From assembly GCF_030144855.1 (NCBI RefSeq), contig NW_026779153.1, positions 62,001 to 126,000 of the forward strand: a DNA stretch of 64,000 bases, given 5' to 3'. The notes below the pieces were generated by a model. It was given only the letters and a program-made list of their open reading frames with translations. It was not told the origin of the DNA and did no database searches. Within the stretch, counting starts at the first letter, position 1, and every line of letters starts with the position of its first letter. Below, piece after piece: positions 10,361 to 24,534 of the stretch. This DNA comes from Hypanus sabinus (taxonomy: Eukaryota). The translations under genes were made by a program, and so were the position numbers.

Positions 10361-11509
10361 CTGGAACAGAGAAGGGAGAGGGGAGGGTGGTGTTGGGGAG
10401 GGGATTCCAGTTAGTTCACTCCTGGTAATGTACCTATTGTGCCTCAGAGTGGAGACTCGTTTCCCTCGAACAAACAATATTACAGCACACTACACACACT
10501 TGGCCCATGATGTTAACCTCTTACAAGATCAATCCCACATCAATCTCCATTCTTCGGTCATTCCTGTGAAGTCCCTAATGTGTCTGTCTCGACCACCACC
10601 TCTGACAGCACATTCTAGACATCCTCCACTCTCTGTGTAAAACCAGACCTCTGACTACACCCCAGCCCACCCCAATACCCACCCTGTACCCTCCTCCATC
10701 ACCTTAAAATTATTCCGTCACGTGAGCCACTTCTGTCCTGGGACTGTTGCCTCCCCCGGAGGGTCGTTCCTCCCATTACAGCCCGCACCAGTATCCAAGG
10801 CGGAATGCTTATTATTTAACGGGACAACCACAGTGGTACACTCACTGTCTACCTATTCCCTTTCCCTCTCCTCACAGACACCCAGGTACCTGCCTCCTGT
10901 AACTTAGGGGCTTCTATCCATCATCTCCTCATTCTCCCGTACACACCAAAGGCCATCCAGATTCAACTCCAGTTCTTCAACGCACGACTCTGAGGAGCTG
11001 ACACTCAGAGCCCGTCTAGTTATCAGAGAGACTGCAGGTCTCCCAAAGTTCCCACATCTCCCATGAAGAACACACCACTGACCCTGGCCCCATTCTCACT
11101 GTAATACTCGACAGAAATAGACCAAGAGAAAAGGAAATTCACCTCGGCCTCCACCTCTACTTACTGATTCTCATGGCAGACAGACAGACAGACATACTTT
11201 ATTGATCCCGAGGGAAATTGGGTTTTGTTACAGCCGCACCAAGAACAGTGAAGAAATATAGCAATATAAAACCATAAATGATTAAATAATAATAAGTTAT
11301 TCATGCCAAGTGGAAGTGAGTAAGTGCATCCAACTATGGCAGAGTCATCAGAAAACTTCCGAAGAAGGCAAGACTCTGTGTTGTAGTTGAGGAACTCGAG
11401 AAGGACAGAGATGCAGTCAGGGGAACAATCCGTTCAACATCGGAGTTCACTTAATTGCACACCGAAGGTTTCAGTGTAAAGCACACACTCGCTGCCCACC
11501 CACACTCAC

Positions 11510-11824
11510 CTGTGCAGGAGACTCCAGCGTCCTCTGCGTGGGAGCAGTTATTCACCCCCCATGGGCTGGCAGGGCACTGGTCGAGAGCAGGCTCTGTCCC
11601 GTTACACTTCACCCCATCCAGCCAGATCTTCCCAGTGCCCTCTCCGTAGGAGGCATCTGTTGTTACCGACTCAGATGTCCCACAGTTCAAAATCCTGCAG
11701 ACCACGTCCGCTTCACTCCTATTCCAGCTCCTGCCACAGACGGTGCCCCAGGTAGAGTTATGATAGACCTCGACTCTCCCAGAGCAAATGTTGTTCCCGT
11801 TCACCAGCCGGATGGGGACCGGGC
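11510..11824 (-). CDS. SRCR exon e8 (315 nt)
   Basis: PIR, NNIC, CNGT. Confidence 0.9.
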
Positions 11825-13220
11825 CTGGAACCGAGAAGGGAATGAGGTTAAAATGAGGATTCCCATATTGAAAGTTGATGAGAGTGACATGAGAGAAGGC
11901 TGAGACTCTGCAATGTGAAACGGGGATTGGACTGAGGGGCAATGGGGTTAGACTGGGTGGGGTATGAATGACTGAGGGAAGGAACATCGAGCTCAGAGAA
12001 CAGACAGGAACAGGCCCTTCGGACCAACCTGATTCTGCTGACCAGGATGCCAGAGGGTCTAATGCCAGCTGCCCAGACTCTGTCCATTTACCTCCGTACC
12101 TGCCAGTGAAATGTTAGTCTTTGATACCTGGTTTTTAAACACTGATCCTGTGATTACTGACACAACCTCCCCTGAAATTGTTTTAAGACACCACTGTCTG
12201 TATGAAAGAACTTGCCCCATAAATCTCCTCTACACATTCCCCCTCCAGTGCCCTGTGGTATTTGACATTTCCATCTTGGGAAAAACACTCTGAAGCATCT
12301 GCCCTGTCCGTGCCTCAAATCAGTGGATGAATTTATTTCAGGTCTCCCCCAAGCAACATTCCTCTCCTGCAATGGCCACTTTGCTTTATTTTTGCCTTGA
12401 CCACGTTCCTAATCACCTGCAGCCTGTCGAATGACTGGCCCCACTGGCTTTTTCAAAACTGCCGCTAACATCCACAGGCCAACGGATCTGCTGACTGAAG
12501 TAGGGCCGAGAAGGTTAAACATGCTTGAATCGTTCCCCGACATAACCAGAGGCTGAGAGGAGACTTACACCATCAGACAAACGAGCAGATTTAGGCCATT
12601 TGGCACATCGAGTCAGATCTGACATTCGCATGGCTGATTAATTATCTTAATCAACTGCATTCTGCCTTCTCCTCGACATCCTGATTGATCAAGAACCTAT
12701 GAAACTCTGCTTCAAATATCCCCGATCACTTGGCCTCCGCATCCACTCGTGTAAATGAATTCCACAGATCCACCACGTACTTGCTGATAAATATTCTTCC
12801 TCATCTGTAAAGAGATGACCTTCTATTCTGTGGTTGTGCACTCGGTGGTAATTCCATTAACCTCCCAGTCTCACTCCACTATCCCGTCACGTTTTCACAG
12901 TCTACATCTATCCTGGTGAAGTTCAATCCAAAAATCCCAACCGGGCAACGGGACAGGGCCTCTAATTGCTGGGAGCGAGGGAAATGCTCCTCCACCCTTT
13001 AACCGTTCGGACTCTGCTGTGATTTGGACAGCCTGCACTACAATCCGACTCTCTCCCAGCACCTGCAGCTGGACCTGACAACCAGGAACCACGGAGGATC
13101 AGGACCTTGAGAAGGACAGTGATGCAGTCAGGGCAACAATCTGCTCAACACTGGAGTTCACTCAATAACACAGCAGAGGTTTCAGTGTAAAGCACACACT
13201 CGCTGCCCACACACACTCAC

Positions 13221-13535
13221 CTGTGCAGGAGACTCCAGCGTCCTCTGCGTGGGAGCAGTTATTCACCCCCCATGGGCTGGCAGGGCACTGGTCGAGAGCA
13301 GGCTCTGTCCCCTTACACTTCACCCCATCCAGCCAGATCTTCCCAGTGCCCTCTCCGTAGGAGGCATCTGTTGTTACCGACTCAGATGTCCCACAGTTCA
13401 AAATCCTGCAGACCACGTCCGCTTCACTCCTATTCCAGCTCCTTCCACAGACGGTGCCCCAGGTAGAGTTATGATAGACCTCGACTCTCCCAGAGCACAT
13501 GTTGTTCCCGTTCACCAGCCGGACGGGGACTGGGC
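13221..13535 (-). CDS. SRCR exon e9 (315 nt)
   Basis: Consensus-type domain, AG/GT bounded. Confidence 0.9.
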
Positions 13536-14694
13536 CTGGAACAGATCAGGGAGTGGGGAGGGTGGTGCGGGGGTGGGGGGGGGGTTTCCAGTTAGTTCAC
13601 TCCTGGTAATGTACCTATTTTGCCTCAGAGTGGCCACTCGGTTCCCTCGAACAAACAATATTACAGCATACTTCACACACTTGGCCAATGATGTTAATCT
13701 CTTCCAAGATCAATCCCACGTAAACCTCCATTTTTCGGTCATTCCTGTGAAGTCCCTAATGTGTCTGTCTCGACCACCACCTCTGACAGCACATTCTAGA
13801 CATCCTCCACTGTCTGTGTAAAACCTGACCTCTGACTACACCCCAGCCCACCCCAATACCCACCCTATACCCTCCTCCATCACCTTCAAATTATTCCCTC
13901 ATGTGAGTCATTTCTGTCCTGGGACTGTTGCCTCCCCCGGAGGGTCATTCCTCCCATTACAGCCCGCACCAGAATCCAAGGCGGAATGCTTATTATTTAA
14001 CGGGACAACCACAGTGGTACACTCACTGTCTACCTATTCCCTTTCCCTCTCCTCACAGACACGCAGGTACCTGCCTCCTGTAACTTAGGGGCTTCTATCC
14101 ATCATCTCCTCATTCTCCCGTACGCACCAAAGGCCATCCAGATTCAACTCCAGTTCTTCAACGCACGACTCTGAGGAGCTGACACTCAGAGCCCGTCTAG
14201 TTATCAGAGAGACTGCAGGTCTCCCAAAGTTCCCACATCTCCCATGAAGAACACACCACTGACCCTGGCCCCATTCTCACTGTAATACTCGACAGAAATA
14301 GACCAAGAGAAAAGGAAATTTACCTCGGCCTCCACCTCTACTTACTGATTCTCATGGCAGACAGACAGACAGACATACATACTTTATTGATCCCGAGGGA
14401 AATTGGGTATTGTTACAGCCGCAACAAGAACAGAGAAGAAATAGAGCAATATAAAACCATAAATGATCAAATAATAATAAGTTAATCATGCCAAGTGGAA
14501 GTGAGTAAGTGCATCCAACTATGGCAGAGTCATCAGAAAACTTCCGAAGAAGGCAAGACTCTGTGTTGTAGTTGAGGAACTCGAGAAGGACAGAGATGCA
14601 GTCAGGTGACCAATCCGTTCAACATCGGAGTTCACTTAATTGCACACCGAAGGTTTCAGTGTAAAGCACACACTCGCTGCCCACACACACTCAC

Positions 14695-15009
14695 CTGTGC
14701 AGGAGACTCCAGCGTCCTCTGCGTGGGAACAGTTATTCACCCCCCATGGGCTGGCAGGGCACTGGTCGAGAGCAGGCTCTGTCCCGTTACACTTCACCCC
14801 ATCCAGCCAGATCTTCCCAGTGCCCTCTCCGTAGGAGGCATCTGTTGTTACCGACTCAGATGTCCCACAGTTCAAAATCCTGCAGACCACATCCGCTTCA
14901 CTCCTATTCCAGTTCCTGCCACAGACGGTGCCCCAGGTAGAGTTATGATAGACCTCGACTCTCCCAGAGCAGATGTTGTTCCCGTTCACCAGCCGGACGG
15001 GGACCGGGC
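14695..15009 (-). CDS. SRCR exon e10 (315 nt)
   Basis: NNIC, GRNW, CNGT. Confidence 0.9.
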
Positions 15010-16407
15010 CTGGAAACGAGAAGGGAATGAGGATAAAATGAGGATTCCCATATTGAAAGTTGATGAGAGTGACGTGAGAGAAGGCTGAGACTCTGCAATG
15101 TGAAACGGGGATTGGACTGAGGGGCAATGGGGTTAGACTGGGTGGGGTATGAATGACTGAGGGAAGGAACATCGAGCTCAGAGAACAGCACAGGAACAGG
15201 CCCTTCGGACCAACCTGATTCTGCTGACCAGGATGCCAGAGGGACTAATGCCAGCTGCCCACACACTGTCCATTTACCTCCGTACCTGCCAGTGAAATGT
15301 TAGTATTTGATACCTGGTTTTTAAACATTGATGCTGTGATTACTGACACAACCTCCCCTGAAAGTGGTTTCCAGACACCACTAGCTGCATGAAAGAACTT
15401 GCCCCATAAATCTCTTTTTACACATTCCCCCTCCAGTGCCCTGTAGTATTTGACATTTCCATCCTGGGAAAAACACTCTGAAGCATCTGCCCTGTCCGTG
15501 CCTCGAATCAGTGGATGAATTTACTTCAGGTCTTCCCCAAGCAACATTCCTCTCCTGCAATGGCCACTTTGCTTTATTTTTGCCTTGACCACGTTCCTAA
15601 TCACCTGCAGCCTGTCGAATGACTGGCCCCACTGGCTTTTTCAAAACTGCCACACAGATCCACAGGCCAACAGATCTGCTGACTGTAATCGGCCGAGAAG
15701 GTTAAACATGCTTGAGTTGCTCCCAGACAGCATCAGATTCTGAGGGGAGACTTACACCAACAGACAAACGAGCAGATTTAGGCCATTTGGCACATCGAGT
15801 CGGATCGAACATTCGCATGGCTGATTAATTATCTTAATCAACTCCATTCTGCCTTCTCCTCGACATCCTGATTGATCAAGAACCTATGAAACTCTGCTTC
15901 AAATATCCCCGATCACTTGGCCTCCGCATCCACTCATGTAAATGAATTCCACAGATTCACCACGTACTTGCTGATAAATATTCTTCCTCATCTGTAAAGA
16001 AATGTCCTTCTATTCTGAGGATGTGCCCTCGGTGGTAATTCCCTTAACCTCCCAGTCTTACCCCAATATCCCGTCACGTTTTCACAGTCTACATCTATCC
16101 TGGTGAAGCTCAATCCAAAAATCCCAACCGGGCAACGGGACAGGGCCTCTAATTGCTGGGAGCGAGGGAAATGCTCCTCCACCCTTTAACCGTTCGGACT
16201 CTGCAGTGATTTGGACAGCCTGCACTACAATCCGACTCTCTCCCAGCACCTGCAGCTGGACCTGACAACCAGGAACCACGGAGGATCAGGACCTTGAGAA
16301 GGACAGTGATGCAGTCAGGGCAACAATCTGCTCAACACTGGAGTTCACTCAATAGCACAGCAGAGGTTTCAGTGTAAAGCACACACTCGCTGCCCACACA
16401 CACTCAC

Positions 16408-16722
16408 CTGTGCAGGAGACTCCAGCGTCCTCTGCGTGGGAGCAGTTATTCACCCCCCATGGGCTGGCAGGGCACTGGTCGAGAGCAGGCTCTGTCCCCT
16501 TACACTTCACCCCATCCAGCCAGATCTTCCCAGTGCCCTCTCCGTAGGAGGCATCTGTTGTTACCGACTCAGATGTCCCACAGTTCAAAATCCTGCAGAC
16601 CACGTCTGCCGCCATCTTATTCCAGCTCCTGTCACAGACGGTGCCCCAGGTAGAGTTATGATAGACCTCGACTCTCCCAGAGCAAATGTTGTTCCCGTTC
16701 ACCAGCCGGATGGGGACCGGGC
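16408..16722 (-). CDS. SRCR exon e11 (315 nt)
   Basis: [17 protein letters not shown]. Confidence 0.9.
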
Positions 16723-18125
16723 CTGGAACTGAGAAGGGAATGAGGATAAAATGAGGATTCCCATATTGAAAGTTGATGAGAGTGACGTGAGAGAAGGCTG
16801 AGACTCTGCAATGTGAAACGGGGATTGGACTGAGGGGCAATGGGGTTAGACTGGGTGGGGTATGAATGATTGAGGGAAGGAACATCGAGCTCAGAGAACA
16901 GCACAGGAACAGGCCCTTCGGACCAACCTGATTCTGCTGACCAGGATGCCAGAGGGACTAATGCCAGCTGCCCACACAGAGTCCATTTACCACCATACCT
17001 GCCAGTAAAATGTTAGTGTTTGATACCTGGTTTTTAAACATTGATGCTGCGATTACTGACAAAACCTCCCCTGAAAGTGGTTTCCAGACACCACTGTCTG
17101 CATGAAATAACCTTCCTGATAAAGCTCCTCTACACATTCCCCCTCCAGTGCCCTGTGGTATTTGACATTTCCATCCTGGGAAAAACACTCTGAAGCATCT
17201 GCCCTGTCCGTGCCTCAAATCAGTGGATGAATTTACTTCAGGTCTCCCCCAGGCAACATTCCTCTCCTGCAATGGCCACTTTGCTTTATTTTTGCCTTGA
17301 CCACGTTCCTAATCACCCGCAGCCTGTCGAATGACTGGCCCCACTGGCTTTTTCAAAACTGCCACACAGATCCACAGGCCAACAGATCTGCTGACTGAAG
17401 TAGGGCCGAGAAGGTTAAACATGCTTGAGTTGCTCCCAGACAGCATCAGATTCTGAGGGGAGACTTACACCATCCGATAAACGAGCAGATTTAGGCCATT
17501 TGGCACTTCGAGTCGGATCTGACATTTGCAAGGCTGGTTATCTTAATCAACCCCATTCTGCCTCCTCCCTGTAATCTTTGACATCCTGATTGATGAAGAA
17601 CCTATGAAACTCTGCTTCAAATATCCCCGATCACTTGGCCTCCGCATCCACTCGTGTAAATGTATTCCACAGATCCACCACGTACTTGCTGATAAATATT
17701 CTTCCTCATCTGTAAAGAAATGTCCTTCTATTCTGAGGATGTGCCCTCGGTGGTAATTCCCTTAACCTCCCAGTCTCACTCCACTATCCCCTCACGTTTT
17801 CACAGTCTACATCTATCCTGGTGAAGCTCAATCCAAAAATTCCAACCCGGCAACGGGACAGGGCCTCTAATTGCTGGGAGCGAGGGAAATGCTCCTCCAC
17901 CCTTTAACCGTTCGGACTCTGCAGTGATTTGGACAGCCTGCACTACAATCCGACTCTCTCCCAGCACCTGCAGCTGGACCTGACAACCAGGAACCACGGA
18001 GGATCAGGACCTTGAGAAGGACAGTGATGCAGTCAGGGCAACAATCTGCTCAACACTGGAGTTCACTCAATAGCACAGCAGAGGTTTCAGTGTAAAGCAC
18101 ACACTCGCTGCCCACACACACTCAC

Positions 18126-18440
18126 CTGTGCAGGAGACTCCAGCGTCCTCTGCGTGGGAGCAGTTATTCACCCCCCATGGGCTGGCAGGGCACTGGTCGA
18201 GAGCAGGCTCTGTCCCCTTACACTTCACCCCATCCAGCCAGATCTTCCCAGTGCCCTCTCCGTAGGAGGCATCTGTTGTTACCGACTCAGATGTCCCACA
18301 GTTCAAAATCCTGCAGACCACGTCCGCTTCACTCCTATTCCAGCTCCTGCCACAGACGGTGCCCCAGGTAGAGTTATGATAGACCTCGACTCTCCCAGAG
18401 CACATGTTGTTCCCGTTCACCAGCCGGACGGGGACTGGGC
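18126..18440 (-). CDS. SRCR exon e12 (315 nt)
   Basis: Consensus-type domain. Confidence 0.9.
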
Positions 18441-19595
18441 CTGGAACAGATCAGGGAGAGGGGAGGGTGGTGCGGGGGGGGGGCGGGGGGTTTCCAGTTA
18501 GTTCACTCCTGGTAATGTCCCTATTTTGCCTCAGAGTGGCCACTCGGTTCCCTCGAATAAACAATATTACAGCACACTTCACACACTTGGCCCATGATGT
18601 TAATCTCTTCCAAGATCAATCTCACGTAAACCTCCATTTTTCGGTCATTCCTGTGAAGTCCCTAATGTGTCTGTCTCGGCCACCACCTCTGACAGCACAT
18701 TCTAGACTTCCTCCACTCTCTGTGTAAAACCTGACCTCTGACTACACCCCAGCCCACCCCAATACCCACCCTGTACCCTCCTCCATCACCTTAAAATTAT
18801 TCCCTCATGTGAGTCATTTCTGTCCTGGGACTGATGCCTCCCCCGGAGGGTCGTTCCTCCCATTACAGCCCGCACCAGTATCCAAGGCGGAATGCTTATT
18901 ATTTAACGGGACAACCACAGTGGTACACTCACTGTCTACCTATTCCCTTTCCCTCTCCTCACAGACACGCAGGTACCTGCCTCCTGTAACTTAGGGGCTT
19001 CTATCCATCATCTCCTCATTCTCCCGTACGCACCAAAGGCCATCCAGATCCAACTCCAGTTCTTCAACGCACGACTCTGAGGAGCTGACACTCAGAGCCC
19101 GTATAGTTATCAGAGAGACTGCAGGTCTCCCAAAGTTCCCACATCTCCCATGAAGAACACACCACTGACCCTGGCCCCATTCTCACTGTAATACTCGACA
19201 GAAATAGACCAAGAGAAAAGGAAATTTACCTCGGCCTCCACCTCTACTTACTGATTCTCATGGCAGACAGACAGACAGACATACTTTATTGATCCCGAGG
19301 GAAATTGGGTATTGTTACAGCCGCAACAAGAACAGAAAGAAATAGAGCAATATAAAACCATAAATGATTAAATAATAATAAGTTAATCATGCCAAGTGGA
19401 AGTGAGTAAGTGCATCCAACTATGGCAGAGTCATCAGAAAACTTCCGAAGAAGGCAAGACTCTGTGTTGTAGTTGAGGAACTCGAGAAGGACAGAGATGC
19501 AGTCAGGTGAACAATCCGTTTAACATCGGAGTTCACTTAATTGCACACCGAAGGTTTCAGTGTAAAGCACACACTCACTGCCCACCCACACTCAC

Positions 19596-19907
19596 CTGTG
19601 CAGGAGACTCCAGCGTCCTCTGCGTGGGAGCAGTTATTCACCCCCCATGGGCTGGCAGGGCACTGGTCGAGAGCAGGCTCTGTCCCCTTACACTTCACCC
19701 CATCCAGCCAGATCTTCCCAGTGCCCTCTCCGTAGGAGGCATCTGTTGTTACCGACTCAGATGTCCCACAGTTCAAAATCCTGCAGACCACGTCCGCTTC
19801 ACTCCTATTCCAGCTACTGCCACAGACGGTGCCCCAGGTAGAGTTATGATAGACCTCGACTCTCCCAGAGCACACGTTCCCGTTCACCAGCCGGACGGGG
19901 ACCGGGC
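19596..19907 (-). CDS. SRCR exon e13 (312 nt)
   Basis: In-frame 3-nt deletion (NGNVC); GSSWNRSE. Confidence 0.9.
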
Positions 19908-21294
19908 CTGGAACCGAGAAGGGAATGAGGTGAAAATGAGGTGAAAGTTGAAGAGAGTGACATGAGTGAAGGCTGAGACTCTGTAATGTGAAACGGGGAT
20001 TGGACTGAGGGTCAATGGGGTTAGACTGGGTGGGGTATGAATGATTGAGAGAAGGAACATCGAGCTCAGAGAACAGCACAGGAACAGGCTCTTCGGACCA
20101 ACCTGATTCTGCTGACCAGGATGCCAGAGGGACTAATGTCAGCTGCCCACACACTGTCCATTTACCACCATACCTGCCAGTGAAATGTTAGTGTTTGATA
20201 CCTGGTTTTTAAACACTGATCCTGTGATTACTGACACAACCTCCCCTGAAAGTGGTTTCCAGACACCACTAGCTGCATGAAAGAACTTGCCCCATAAATC
20301 TCCTTTACACATTCCCCCTCCAGTGCCCTGTGGTATTTGACATTTCCATCCTGGGAAAAACACTCTGAACCATCTGCCCTGTCCGTGCCTCGAATCAGTG
20401 GATGAATTTACTTCAGGACTCCCCCAAGCAACATTCCTCTCCTGCAATGGCCACTTTGCTTTATTTTTGTCTTGACCACGTTCCTAATCACCTGCAGCCT
20501 GTCGAATGACTGGCCCCACTGGCTTTTTCAAAACTGCCACACAGATCCACAGGCCAACAGATCTGCCGACTGTAATCGGCCGAGAGGGTTAAACATGCTT
20601 GAGTTGCTCCCAGACAGCATCAGATTCTGAGGGGAGACTTACACCAACAGACAAACGAGCAGATTTAGGCCATTTGGCACATCGAGTCGGATCTGACATT
20701 CGCATGGCTGATTAATTATCTTAATCAACTGCATTCTGCCTTCTCCTCGACATCCTGATTGATCAAGAACCTATGAAACTCTGCTTCAAATATCCCCGAT
20801 CACTTGGCCTCCGCATCCACTCGTGTAAATGAATTCCACAGATCCACCACGTACTTGCTGATAAATATTCTTCCTCATCTGTAAAGAGATGACCTTCTAT
20901 TCTGTGGTTGTGCCCTCGGTGGTAATTCCCTTAACCTCCCAGTCTCACCCCAATATCCCCTCACGTTTTCACAGTCTACATCTATCCTGGTGAAGCTCAA
21001 ACCAAAAATCCCAACCGGGCAACGGGACAGGGCCTCTAATTGCTGGGAGCGAGGGAAATGCTCCTCCACCCTTTAACCGTTCGGACTCTGCAGTGATTTG
21101 GACAGCCTGCACTACAATCCGACTCTCTCCCAGCACCTGCAGCTGGACCTGACAACCAGGAACCACGGAGGATCAGGACCTTGAGAAGGACAGTGATGCA
21201 GTCAGGGCAACAATCTGCTCAACACTGGAGTTCACTCAATAGCACAGCAGAGGTTTCAGCGTAAAGCACACACTCGCTGCCCACCCACACTCAC

Positions 21295-21609
21295 CTGTGC
21301 AGGAGACTCCAGCGTCCTCTGCGTGGGAACAGTTATTCACCCCCCATGGGCTGGCAGGGCACTGGTCGAGAGCAGGCTCTGTCCCGTTACACTTCACCCC
21401 ATCCAGCCAGATCTTCCCAGTGCCCTCTCCGTAGGAGGCATCTGTTGTTACCGACTCAGATGTCCCACAGTTCAAAATCCTGCAGACCACGTCTGCCGCC
21501 ATCTTATTCCAGCTCCTGCCACAGACGGTGCCCCAGGTAGAGTTATGATAGACCTCGACTCTCCCAGAGCACATGTTGTTCCCGTTCACCAGCCGGACGG
21601 GGACTGGGC
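21295..21609 (-). CDS. SRCR exon e14 (315 nt)
   Basis: NKMAAD, CNGT. Confidence 0.9.
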
Positions 21610-22756
21610 CTGAAACAGATCGGGGAGAGGGGAGGGTGGTGTGGGGGGGGGGTTCCAGTTAGTTCACTCCTGGTAATGTACCTATTTTGCCTCAGATTGG
21701 CCATTCAATTCCCTAGAATAAATAATATTACAGCACATTAAACACACTTGGCCCATGATGTTAATCTCTTCCAAGATCAATCTCACGTAACCCTCCATTT
21801 TTCGGTCATTCCTGTGAAGTCCCTAATGTGTCTGTCTCGACCACCACCTCTGACAGCACATTCTATACATCCTCCACTCTCTGTGTAAAACCTGACCTCT
21901 GACTACACCCCAGCCCACACCAATACCCACCCTGTACCCTCCTCCATCACATTAAAATTATTCCCTCATGTGAGTCATTTCTGTTCTGTGACTTTTGCCT
22001 CCCCCGGAGGGTCGTTCCTCCCATTACAGCCCGCACCAAAATCCAAGGCGGAATGCTTATTATTTAACGGGACAACCACAGTGATACACTCACTGTCTAC
22101 CTATTCCCTTTCCCTCTCCTCACAGACACCCAGGTACCTGCCTCCTGTAACTTAGGGGCTTCTATCCATCATCTCCTCATTCTCCCGTACGCACCAAAGG
22201 CCATCCAGATTCAACTCCAGTTCTTCAACGCACGACTCTGAGGAGCTGACACTCAGAGCCCGTCTAGTTATCAGAGAGACTGCAGGTCTCCCAAAGTTCC
22301 CACATCTCCCATGAAGAACACACCACTGACCCTGGCCCCATTCTCATTGTAATACTCGACAGAAATAGACCAAGAGAAAAGGAAATTTACCTCGGCCTCC
22401 ACCTCTACTTACTGATTCTCATGGCAGACAGACAGACAGACATACTTTATTGATCCCGAGGGAAATTGGGTATTGTTACAGCCGCAACAAGAACAGAAAG
22501 AAATATAGCAATATAAAACCAGAAATGATCAAATAATAATAAGTTAATCATGCCAAGTGGAAGTGAGTAAGTGCATCCAACTATGGCAGAGTCATCAGAA
22601 AACTTCCGAAGAAGGCAAGACTCTGTGTTGTAGTTGAGGAACTCGAGAAGGACAGAGATGCAGTCAGGTGACCAATCCGTTCAACATCGGAGTTCACTTA
22701 ATTGCACACCGAAGGTTTCAGTGTAAAGCACACACTCGCTGCCCACACACACTCAC

Positions 22757-23071
22757 CTGTGCAGGAGACTCCAGCGTCCTCTGCGTGGGAGCAGTTATTC
22801 ACCCCCCATGGGCTGGCAGGGCACTGGTCGAGAGCAGGCTCTGTCCCGTTACACTTCACCCAATCCAGCCAGATCTTCCCAGTGCCCTCTCCGTAGGAGG
22901 CATCTGTTGTTACCGACTCAGATGTCCCACAGTTCAAAATCCTGCAGACCACGTCTGCCGCCATCTTATTCCAGCTCCTGCCACAGACGGTGCCCCAGGT
23001 AGAGTTATGATAGACCTCGACTCTCCCAGAGCACATGTTGTTCCCGTTCACCAGCCGGACGGGGACTGGGC
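22757..23071 (-). CDS. SRCR exon e15 (315 nt)
   Basis: NKMAAD, LDWVKC, CNGT. Confidence 0.9.
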
Positions 23072-24219
23072 CTGAAACAGATCGGGGAGAGGGGAGGGTG
23101 GTGTGGGGGGGGGGGTTCCAGTTAGTTCACTCCTGGTAATGTACCTATTTTGCCTCAGATTGGCCATTCGATTCCCTAGAATAAATAATATTACAGCCCA
23201 TTAAACACACTTGGCCCATGATGTTAATCTCTTCCAAGATCAATCTCACGTAACCCTCCATTTTTCGGTCATTCCTGTGAAGTCCCTAATGTGTCTGTCT
23301 CGACCACCACCTCTGACAGCACATTCTATACATCCTCCACTCTCTGTGTAAAACCTGACCTCTGACTACACCCCAGCCCACACCAATACCCACCCTGTAC
23401 CCTCCTCCATCACATTAAAATTATTCCCTCATGTGAGTCATTTCTGTTCTGTGACTTTTGCCTCCCCCGGAGGGTCGTTCCTCCCATTACAGCCCGCACC
23501 AAAATCCAAGGCGGAATGCTTATTATTTAACGGGACAACCACAGTGATACACTCACTGTCTACCTATTCCCTTTCCCTCTCCTCACAGACACCCAGGTAC
23601 CTGCCTCCTGTAACTTAGGGGCTTCTATCCATCATCTCCTCATTCTCCCGTACGCACCAAAGGCCATCCAGATTCAACTCCAGTTCTTCAACGCACGACT
23701 CTGAGGAGCTGACACTCAGAGCCCGTCTAGTTATCAGAGAGACTGCAGGTCTCCCAAAGTTCCCACATCTCCCATGAAGAACACACCACTGACCCTGGCC
23801 CCATTCTCATTGTAATACTCGACAGAAATAGACCAAGAGAAAAGGAAATTTACCTCGGCCTCCACCTCTACTTACTGATTCTCATGGCAGACAGACAGAC
23901 AGACATACTTTATTGATCCCGAGGGAAATTGGGTTTTGTTACAGCCGCAACAAGAACAGAAAGAAATATAGCAATATAAAACCAGAAATGATCAAATAAT
24001 AATAAGTTAATCATGCCAAGTGGAAGTGAGTAAGTGCATCCAACTATGGCAGAGTCATCAGAAAACTTCCGAAGAAGGCAAGACTCTGTGTTGTAGTTGA
24101 GGAACTCGAGAAGGACAGAGATGCAGTCAGGTGACCAATCCGTTCAACATCGGAGTTCACTTAATTGCACACCGAAGGTTTCAGTGTAAAGCACACACTC
24201 GCTGCCCACACACACTCAC

Positions 24220-24534
24220 CTGTGCAGGAGACTCCAGCGTCCTCTGCGTGGGAGCAGTTATTCACCCCCCATGGGCTGGCAGGGCACTGGTCGAGAGCAG
24301 GCTCTGTCCCCTTACACTTCACCCCATCCAGCCAGATCTTCCCAGTGCCCTCTCCGTAGGAGGCATCTGTTGTTACCGACTCAGATGTCCCACAGTTCAA
24401 AATCCTGCAGACCACATCCGCTTCACTCCTATTCCAGCTCCTGCCACAGACGGTGCCCCAGGTAGAGTTATGATAGACCTCGACTCTCCCAGAGCACATG
24501 TTGTTCCCGTTCACCAGCCGGACGGGGACCGGGC
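24220..24534 (-). CDS. SRCR exon e16 (315 nt)
   Basis: Consensus-type domain. Confidence 0.9.

Larger units (their letters stand above)
1..16407. repeat. Dimeric tandem repeat (exon-intron A-exon-intron B), period about 3165-3187 bp, about 5 copies
   Basis: Exon spacings alternate 1453/1712/1453/1712/1462/1714/1464/1711/1474/1713. Confidence 0.95.
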
